Shown: positions 10,665 through 20,603 of the stretch, piece by piece
Numbering within the stretch: position 1 is the first letter of the stretch
How the letters are laid out: each line of letters starts with the position of its first letter
Source: Podarcis gaigeae
Lineage: Eukaryota
DNA length: 64,000 nucleotides
NCBI GenBank assembly: GCA_964106915.2
Contig: OZ066924.1
Reading direction: 5' to 3' (one strand)
The notes under the pieces: model-generated
The model's input: only the letters and a program-made list of their open reading frames with translations
The model's database searches: none
What the model was told of the DNA's origin: nothing
Program-made: the position numbers and the translations under genes

Positions 10665-13600
10665 GTCCTGACCTGCTGGCTTCCCTTAATGCTTAGCAGC
10701 CTTCAACTGGAGTATTTTGGCATGCTCTGTCTCTGCGGTTTGTCTTTCATGCTCACAAATCAGAGGATCGGTAGACTCCTACATGTCAATTGTTTCAACT
10801 GGAATTGAGCATTGAGGGATTCACTTGGGGGGGGGACGGGGGACACAGAACTACTTACTTTATGGTGAAGAATCTTATTTGAAGGGCACGTGGTTAGGGA
10901 GCCTGTTGAATTATTTTGTTCAGCAGCGACTTCACCAAATTGAAGCACTCAAAGCTGAAAATATTTCTGCCCTTGAACTCTTTCCCCCCGTCAGGGTCTT
11001 GAGACAGGCTAGAGGGAGGCAGAGCAGTAAGTGCCGAGCGCCTTGCGATTCCTTCTTCTGCCCTCCTGCCTCATCCAAAGAGAACCCTGGCATCTCTCCC
11101 GGCTGAAGCCAGCTCTGGCTTGGGGGTTGGGAGTATCCCTGGCTGGGATTCTGCTTTGCACGAGAGGCAGAAATAGGAAAAGCTTCTTGCTGCCTCACAT
11201 AATTGTTGTGTGAACCCACTTGTGAAGCTGACAAGGAAGAACGAGTGACGGAGAGTCGCTCCTCAGGGAGGAATGGGAGTGCTGAAATTCACTCTTGTTT
11301 GATGTCTTGCTTTGCCATTCTAAGTCCCAGGCTGGGCACTTGGGTCCCGGTTTTGCTGAAGCCCCGTTTGCCAGGCCCTGGAGTTTAACTGGGAGTGAAA
11401 AAAGGCAGCCTTCCTCTCAGGGGTGCACATTGCTGCCCCTGTTAGAGTCCACAGTCTTGGAAAGGGGCGTGAACTTTCACAGTCAGCTGCCTGGAAATGG
11501 CAATCTAGCACAGATTCACCCGAGTTCATTTCTTTTATGGAGATTGTTCAGAAACATAAAATCAGTGACACAGGAGGCTTGCAGGTGGTTTGCTTTTCTT
11601 TTTGGGTGTCACCAGGACAGCTTTTAGCGGGCAGCCTTCGTTGTCCAAGACATCACATACCCAAGTTCCCCGTGCAAACAACTGGCATGCTTCAAATTTC
11701 CTTGCAGAGGAGTCTGGAGGGAAAGAGATCTGAGGAGCCTGGCATGGGCCGCGGCCGGCCTGCAACTCTCCCAGGGGCGCTGGCGTCACCTTGGATACAG
11801 AAGCTGCCTTGCCTCTTGCCGTTTCATGTCTGCCTGGCTAAAAACCTGCTTTGAATCCTCGTGCGGAGCAGAGACAAAATATCTCGTCGTGCTGTCAGAA
11901 ACCAAACTTCATTCTCGCCAACAAGAAACATGTTTCTTAGCATATAGATCAAATAGTGGCCAGTCCACTGCCCCCCTTGGGCATCTGTGCCCCCAGTTTC
12001 ATTTTCCCCCAGAAGACTTTCCAAGCACATTTCAAGTGTTTGCACTTTGCACCCAGTTGGTCAAATGTCTTCTGAATCTCGCATTTTTCTGGCTGCAATG
12101 TATCTGCTATTCCTTGATCTATGGAGAATGTTACTGGAATTTTCATACCTTGTTCCTAAGAGTAGGTTTCCATGTCTGTTGACTTTTGCTTCTAGATTGT
12201 TCAAAGAGTAGGCTAGTCTGTGTAGGCTTACTTTCGCTTACTCTTTCGCTTACTTACCTTTCTGAAGGAAAATTGTCACCTGCCAATTGTTGAAATGCTT
12301 CTAACGTTAACTAAAATTAATGGGTGCCTCAGTTTTGTTCATAGAGCTTATCTTGATGGAGGCATTAGTGATAAGCTTTCTTAGCAAGTAGGAGAATGGG
12401 AAGGTCTTTCAAGGTGGCTTCTCTCCCTTCCGTAGGAGGAGGCGGTTAGGATGACAGAGCCTTGTAGCAATCAGCACTGGTTACTCAAGGCTGAGTGACT
12501 TGACAAGTTCTATCACCGGCTTTTTGTACCAATCAGTTTGTGTTCTGTTCTTGTCATTCATCCCCCAGAAAGCTTTGTTGCTTTCTGCCACATGTGTCCC
12601 CTCTGACTGCCATGTAACTAGGATGTCATGGGACCTGTAGCTTGGCTTGGGATGCCTGAGTCCCTTTACATTCCCAAATGCATTCCTTGGCACAAGAGGC
12701 TGTGCCAGGCTGAGCCTCTGCAACGGCCCCCATGAATCTTGTGAGAGCGATGTAGGAAGCTAGGAGTCAGGCCCATTGAGCTCAGCATTGTCTGCCCTGA
12801 TCAGCAGCTGTAGCATCTCCACATCTGTTTATTTTGCATCCTTCTCTTTGCTTCCCGTTTTCTTCTTCTATAAACATTTTGATCTGAGTCTCTATTCCCT
12901 TCTGAGCTTGGTGAGCGACTTGCTAGCGCATGTGCTTGCTCTGGCTGGAGTTTAGAATATTTCCCCTTTGATAAGCGTTCTCATTCGGCTCTCTGCCTTC
13001 CGAAACGTGATTCATCCAGCCGCGTAGTGCCTGCTTCAGCTCTCGCTGAGATTAGCAGCTTGCTTATTGGCAGATCAGGCTTTAGAAAATAAACAGTTTG
13101 GGAAGCAAGCGACGGGGACAGAAACTGTCGTCCTGAAGTGTCATCAAATTGCAATTGCAATCTTTGCTTGCCAGCCTCCGGGGATGATGGAGCCAAGAAA
13201 GCAGCATCATCCCGGCAGGTTGGCCAGGCCCTGTTTGAAGCAGGCGTAGTCCTCCCTTGGCCATAAAAGGTGCCGTGTAAGAATTCCCAGCAAGTGTCAG
13301 AATTGCCGCATGTCGAGAAGGGCTGCCATAGCAACCTTTCCTTTGGCACTCAGCTGTGAGTTTTCATTCTTCGGCTTCTGCTGTAGCCTTGCAAGCCTAA
13401 CCCAAAGCAAGGCGGCCAGGTTTGACTCGCAGGATTAGGCCCACCCAGCCCATGCTCTCCAGGCTTACAGGCATGAGAGAGGAGCCCGGAGGCCTTCTTG
13501 CTGATCCCTGGCCTCAGGTTCTCCAGAGCGAGACGGCTACCAAAGACAGATGGAAAACCCATTTTAGCCCACCTTCCATGGCTAATAGCTTTGCCCGTGT

Positions 13601-16316
13601 CTATCAGTCAGATTCGTGTCAGCCTTGAAAAAAGCTTCCCCAGCCATTTCCCCACATAGTGCCTTGCGGAGGTGAATTTTGTGTGTGAGTTCTGTGTTGT
13701 GATTCCATCCAGTTTACTTGGGTGATCCTTAGCATTAGGAGACAATGAGTGTCTTGCTGTTTAACTCTTGTTGATCGATGTTTCCAACTTGATTGGCTTT
13801 CCCAGGAGCTACAATTAGCTATTTCAGCATCTTAATGGCTGCCTTATTGCAAGGCAACAGTATCTTTGACTGGATCAGCTTATCTTCAAATGAGTTTTTC
13901 TGGGCCCTTAATACCAAAGGAGCATCCTTTATCACCTGAAAGCTGGTTAGCAGACTTGCAAGGCTAGCTAGGCAGATACACATTTTCACATTGTGCAGCC
14001 TTCTTGAATGCTATTTTGAGAGTCTACTGGAGGAAGATCTCAGCAGGAGAGAGACTCTTTCCTTCTCCCACCCTAGATGGGCTGCTGCTATCCATCAGCC
14101 CCCCACAGGTGGGGTTGGAGTTTGGAGTGCTTTTATAAAAACTCCCCTTCTCTTCCCCTTGTTGCTGTGGTGGTTGCTCAAGGTATCTGATCAGCTGTAT
14201 GCTGCAGCCACAAGATCCAGTTTGATTGCTGCTGAGATGAGTTTAGGACCAGAAGAAATCCTAAGGTCAAATCCTGACACTGCCCTCCATGTTCCCTCCC
14301 TACCCACCGTTGGACTGGCAGAGAGCTGAAAGCTATAAATCCCATCCTCCACCTGCCAGTTCCTAAACTTTGTTGCTTTGGCCACGATTCTCCTTCTCCA
14401 AGCCTTTGTCTTCTCCAGGAACACAAATATCCTTGGAGTGTCATAGAATTCCAGACTCAAAAAAGGTATTTTTTTAAAAAAGGGTAATTGGTTTGTTGTG
14501 ATTTCATGATGCCCAGAAGTTTATGCCCCCAGATAGGACCCCCCCCATTTCCCCCATTTTTATTTTTTTATTATTGACTGCTTTCCGTAGGTCCCTTGCT
14601 GTAATACCATGCTGCCAAGAGGTGGGGTTTTTTTTGTAGCTCCCCAAGACCCGCCCCCCCATGTGCCCTTTTGAAAGACGCCCACGGTGTGCTCTGCTCC
14701 CCCCTTTGATATGCTACCCCCAGAGGGCCAATGTGGTTCTCAGCCTGCACACAATTTAGCCACCCTGATACAGAGCATGTGATGGCACCCAAAGCGGCTG
14801 CACCTTGTTTTCCCTTGTGCTCCCTGCTAGTTCTCTGCCACCTCCTTGGCAGCAATTTGGGGTTTTGCTTGCTGACTCTCTTGTGGCTCATTACAAATGA
14901 TGTGGCTGCTGGATGGTGCCCTCTGCCTGTCAGGCCAGCTTTGAATAGCAGGGGCTTGTAGGCGGGGGCTCTTGTGGGGTGCCCCACTGCTAAGGAGCTG
15001 CCTTTCTCTGTTGACTGCAAAGCTTAAATATGAAAAAATAAAATATTTCCTTTCTGGGACTGATCTTAGTGCTTTTAACAACTTAGAATGTTTTTATTGC
15101 ATATTTTCATAAACTGCTTATCCAGCCTGAGCTTCTGGGGATAAGCTTTTTTTTTTTGCACCCGTTCCCATTATGGTCCTTAACGGTTTCCGTGGAAGTT
15201 GCAAGCCCAGCAAACTTCAAACAAGGTTTCTAGCGATAAATGCCTCTCTTCCTGCCCCCCACTCCCAAAGCTGTGCATCTCCTCTTAGGAGATTGTTCCT
15301 GTACTTGGGCTGAGGTGTGAAACTTCATCTGGGAGGCAGCCATCTCTTTCCAATGCCTGTGTCTCCAGCCTGCCCCCTCTGCTCCAATGTGCTTAGTCAC
15401 TTAGAGATAGTTAGGTTCTTTGACACTGGAAATGAATGACTGCTTACTCTGTGGGCTGAAACGGTGTCACTGTCATTGATGTGCCCTCAGAAGAAGCGAG
15501 ATTTTGCAGGGCAATGCCGCTCGCCCTCAAGAGAAGAACACACAGCTGAGTAGCAGGCCGATCCTGCAGACACCTTCCAAACAGTCCAGCGGCTTTTTCT
15601 CTTAAACAAAATTGAAGCTTTTTCCATCAGAAAAATGTTGTCTTCTTAATTATTAAGATTTCCGCCCCAGCCTTCCAGTCCATAGTCAGAAAAGTAAACA
15701 GAAAAGCAGACAGCTTTCAGTAGAACTGGGAAAGAGACGGTGCTTCACACATTACGCTGCTGTGGGATTCTGAATACTGTGCATGGAAAAGTGGGTTTTG
15801 TTTCGCTGCTCCAGCAGTTTCTGAATGGAGCTGAGTGTCGGCAGACCCCGCTGTGCTGAGCCAGGCTGGGGGGCTTGCTGGAACAGAGAGACCCCTCTTT
15901 GAGGAGGGTCCTTGAGCATCTGAAGCTGAGGAATGCAAATCCACATAGGAAATACAGCCTGCAGGGGTTTCTACCTTGGGCAGGGTGAAAAGTAGTGTAG
16001 GAGCCGGAATAATGTCGAAGGGGTGCATTTCAATGCTTGTTTAAATACTGCCCCCCAAGTTGTGAGCCACTGTGTGGAGCCAATGAGGCTGTTCTGTGTC
16101 CTGCTCAGAACTCTCCCTTGACTTTGCAGTTGCCCCGAAGGGCCCCGAGCACAAGAGCCCTCTCCCCTCCTGTGTCTCAGAAGCATCTCTGTCATCTCCA
16201 ACTGCAGAGGCAGAGCATAGCCATCATGACCCATAGCCATCGATCGCTGTCTTCCCCATGAGTTTGTCCCATCCTAGTTGGTGGCCCTCGCTGCCTCCTG
16301 TGGGAGGGAGTCCCAC

Positions 16317-16320
<4 letters not shown>

Positions 16321-16365
<45 letters not shown>

Positions 16366-16440
16366 TTATTTATACCCCACCCATCTGACTGGGTTTCTCC
16401 AGCCACTCTGGGCGGCTTACAACAGAATATTAAAATACAA
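16321..16440 (-). mobile_element. L2 3' terminus with (TTA)n tail
   Basis: Reverse complement of the L2 3' UTR seen at 4422, 29043 and 59585. Confidence 0.8.
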
Positions 16441-16484
16441 TCCCCCCCCCAAAAAAAACTTTTATTTAGCATTTACACCAACAG

Positions 16485-16778
16485 TCCAGCAGTTACTTAA
16501 ACTTTTATTTACCTTACAATATTAAGACATTAAACAGCTACAGTGAAAACAAATGCTATTGGCAACTTGCAAATAAAGAGTTCCGTTAACACCTAAAAGT
16601 CACCCCTCAGACGCAGCACAAGATGGAGGGTGGATTCCTTCTGGATGTTGTAGTCGGAGAGCGTGCGGCCATCTTCCAGCTGCTTCCCAGCAAAGACCAG
16701 CCTCTGCTGGTCAGGGGGAATGCCTGCTTTGTCCTGGATCTCAGCTTTCACGGTCTCAGTGGTGTCACTGGGTTTAAC
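16485..16778 (-). pseudogene. 5'-truncated ubiquitin processed pseudogene (last unit of a polyubiquitin mRNA plus 3' UTR)
   Basis: [61 protein letters not shown] corresponds to ubiquitin 17-76 plus one extra residue, with E18K, I23T, N25T, K29E, E34A, I44V and G76D. AATAAA at 16509-16504 on the minus strand. No start region. Confidence 0.92.
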
Positions 16779-18256
16779 TGGACTTCCTGGCTCTGCTCCG
16801 AGTGCCTGTTCCTCTCCTCCTCCTCCTCCTCTTCCTCCTCCTCCTCCAGGACCCTTCAGCACCCACTATTTTACCCCTATTTATTTTTAAGGAACAACTG
16901 CAAATGTTAACTCTCGCCAGGTTTATGGTAAATCTTTCTTACCGATGCAAAATAATAGTTACAGAAACTGGCTGAGTTTCTTGCTCACTAGGCCAGTCGC
17001 AGTTGGTGTAGAATTATGTAATTGTCCAAGGTTTCAATTCTGTGAAACCTTGCATATTTCTCAGTTGCGAGGAGGTGGCCCAATAAAAATGTCTTCTGTA
17101 TTATATGCGTATCTCATGCCACTAGTCCCCACTGGAGTAACAGCAAGGAAAGAGGCACCTATCTTCTTCCAAACCGCTTAAGTTTTTTTGCGCAATGAAG
17201 AGGCATGTAAATTTTGTTAAAGTCATAAAAAGAAGTGTATTCCTGCCTCCTAGGAGATTGCAATCTAACCTTCAACATGGGGAGGGGGAGAACGTTCTGT
17301 TCACTTGCCTGTATCTTCATTAAGGGATGAGGACTAAGTGGTTGTGCTGAGCCTTCCCTTAACTGATTTTAGGATATTAGCAGATGACCTTAAAGCTATA
17401 AAAAGAAAGCTTCTGTGTGCAGGCAAGGCCTTATCTGTGTGTTCTTTCATCATTTTTCTTGTGAAAATGATAGCTGCACACAGACAGATCTGTGCCCATA
17501 CAAAGACGTACCTTGAAGCTGGAACTGGCTTGTGCCTGCGCCTCTTAGGGAGCAGGGCAGAGCTGCTGGCTGCCTGCCAAGGAGCACTTTGGGCAGGTAA
17601 TGGATAGGCCAGGATATGGTACCTGAGGGGGATAAATAGAGAGGGCTCTGCTGCTAAGACTTCAGTTTTGATAAAATTCCGGTCTCCGTGGTGGAAAAGG
17701 AAACCATTCTCATAAAGCAAATTTGGGGAGGGGGGGCTGAAGCTGAAGGGATCCTTTACTTGTTTGCAAAAGTCAGGGAGACCTTCCTGCTCACCACTTG
17801 GGCCCCAGGACCTTCATTCAGTTGGAAGGCTGAAATGGAACAGCAGGTTATACCGGCATGCTTGCGAAAATAGATTTGTCCTGCTGCACGGGTGCAATTT
17901 TGTTGGATTACGTGGCCCAAGCTAGTGTGTGTGTGTATGTGTGTGAATGTGTGCGTCGCTTTTTTCTCCACTGACTCCGATACACAGTGTCTCTGTCCCT
18001 TCTCTTGACAGCAGCTTCTGATGAGTCTTAATCCTTGGCCGAGAGAGCCTTGCTGGGCGGGCAGCGAGGGGCACAGGCCTCTGCCGCTTAGTGGCATGAT
18101 GAGAGGGCGCCAACACGGCCGCTGAGGATGTGTGCCGGCAGATGCACCCTAAGGCTAGAAGATGACATTGCTTCTGTGCTTAGAACGTCTGCTGTGAAAC
18201 TCTTAACTGGGCAGCCCTCTCAGAAGCAGAAGGCCCTGCTGTTTCTGGAGGAGAAG

Positions 18257-20603
18257 ATGAAGAAGCTTCTGCAAGGGCCGGCGAGCGAGCTCTCCCTGAG
18301 CCAGAATCACCACCAGCAGCTTTCCCTCGTGGAAATAGAAACGGACACCTTTGTCTGTGGCGTCAATAGGAAATCTGCAAGCAGTGACTTTTCCGCTGCT
18401 CAGGGGAGGAGCCCTGGGACCAGGGAGGCCAGTAATGGTGGGCTGGACTGGGATGGATACATCGAAGTCCCACGGGCGCTAGTTCCAAGCCAGTGTGACT
18501 TAGGGGGCGTCTCCGGCTGCCTGGCCTCAGAGAGCCTTCTGGAGCAAATGGAGAGCCCCGAGGAGCAAGCCGATCTCGCTGCCCTGAGCCTTGGCACCAA
18601 CTGGAGGGGAGTTGCTGGGGAAAGAGAAGGGGAAGGGCCCTGCCCTCCAAGCAAGCCCCTCGCCTACACTCCCTGCAGCCCTGGGCCCAGAGACCGCTCT
18701 GCCGATGTCATTGAGTACATCGTGAAAGAGCTCCAAGGGATAAGTCGCATCCAGACCGAGATTGCTGAGCTCCAGCAGCACCTCACCTTGATCAAAGGCT
18801 CCGTGGACGAAGTCTCCAGCTGCGTGGACACTGTTCTGAGCGAGATTGAGGGCCTGCAGAGCAGCTCTGGCCCCACCAGCAAAAACTCCCCGTTGCCAAA
18901 GGCCAAGGCCAGGGAGCCCCTCCTGGGAGGGCCCATCAGAGAGCCAGTGTTGTATTTTTATGGCATCCCAGAGCAGGAGGGGGAGAACACCAAGGAGCTA
19001 GTCCACCGTTTCTTGTCAGAGTACCACTGTTTCAATGGCATTCAGCGTAGCAAGTACATCAAGGATGCTTACAGATCTGGTGCAGCAACAGGCAAGCAGC
19101 TGGCCCCACGACCCGCTGTTGTAAAGCTTGCTAACGCTGAGCAGCGAGACTTCATTCTCCAGAAATCGATTCTTTTGCAAAGTGCAGGAGTTACCATTGT
19201 GGCCAGCAGTGAGCAAAGCCAGCAGAACGGCCAGGTGGGTCCTGGGGCACAGCTGGGCACCTTGCCCTCGCCAGGCCAGAGTGGGAACCACTGGGGCTCC
19301 TTGCACATTCGTGGGGAAGTGGTCAGGACAGATGGAGATGGGCAGCTCCAGGTGGACTCTTGCCAGGCTCAGCAGGAAAACGCTTGCCAAGAGGTTCACC
19401 ACCGCATAGGGGAGAGGCTTAACTTTCAACCGAAATCCACCCTACCTAGGAAGAGCAACTTAATTGCTGAACTTGAAGAAAAAGTAGGGAGAGTTGTACA
19501 AATAATGGGCACTAGTGAGCAGACTTTGCACAGAAGCAGCTCTTCCAGTGGAGTCCTTGATGCGTCCCACAAGAAGCTGGAAGGCCCTGGGCATGAGAAC
19601 AAAGGCAGGGATTCCTTGCCATCCCCGGAGTGCTTGGGCAAGGTGCCCGCCTTGTGTGAGGGAGGAGGGGGACGTGCTTCAGATGCTGAAAATGCCACCA
19701 AGGGCAGCTCCTCTCCTGTGGAAGAGGACCAAGCAGGAGGGCTGACTCCAGGGGAAAGCGAGACGGACTGTGATGCCACCACGCTGGAGTTTCTCAGTCC
19801 TGAGCAAGTCAGTCTCCTGGAGGAGGCACCGGTGGCCATGACCACTCCCGGCTGTGATGGTGCTCTGCGCAAATTGGTTGACAGCAGTGAGACGCTCAAA
19901 GACATGATCCAGATTGACCTGAACGAGCAAGACCCAACCGATCAGGTCTTCAGGGATGTCCTAGAAAATTCCCAGTACTTCCTTGAGCACTCTCGGGACA
20001 GCATTGATCTCGTGGACATGAGGTTTTACACTAACAAACTGGGCAAAGCACTGAATCACTTCCGGTCTGCGCTGCAGGTGGTGTTCCACAAACTGGAGAC
20101 CGGGGACCCAGAAGTCCTCCTTGAAGGGGAAAAGAGCTTCCATATGAACAGTGAGCCAGCTCCTGCCCTCCGTAGCCCAAGTGTGCACGGCAGCTTGGAT
20201 ACCTTTGCTGAAACCCCCCCTAGTCAGTCTTCTGAGAGCCAGGCTAACACGACTGTGAGCAGTGACAGTGTGGGCCTGATTCAGAGAACTCTTCCCAGTG
20301 CTTCATTGCCTCTTGACGAAGCTCCGGTCCCCGACCTGGTGCCCCCACCGGATTCTGAGAGCTGTGTGGAGCAGCCCTTCCCCTCTGGAGAGGCCCAGCA
20401 GGATCCGGGTTCTGCACCTGTGCAGCCCGGCGGGTGCCGACCTATGAGCCTCGAGAAGGTGTGTGCCGAGACCATCTACCTGAACAAGTGCATCAACAAC
20501 TTCAAGAATGTCCTGAGGGAAAAGAGGCAGATGCGTCGGAGGCTCTTGAAGGAACTGGCCCAGGAGGCAAGCTGGACTTCCTCGGCTGAAGAGATTCATT
20601 CAG
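18257..20603 (+). CDS. UNC13B: bMunc13-2-specific large N-terminal coding exon (coiled coil, ORF1p-RRM-like segment, two calmodulin-binding helices)
   Basis: 835-codon ORF 18128-20635. ATG 18257 (MKKLL) matches the recalled rat bMunc13-2 start MKRLL; ATG 18128 is an in-frame alternative. In-frame TAG at 18089. Donor CAG|GTACTC after 20603 (phase 1). Probable acceptor tcttgacag|cag at 18011/18014. Confidence 0.9.

Noticed and set aside
16483-16784. 7-bp inverted repeat AGTCCAG/CTGGACT bounding the ubiquitin copy
   Set aside because: Too short to distinguish from chance, and not a TSD.
16779-16862. Gly-rich N-terminus fused to ubiquitin as a novel ubiquitin-like protein
   Set aside because: The Gly run is a translated (CCT)n microsatellite, the start is not ATG, and ubiquitin residues 1-16 are missing.
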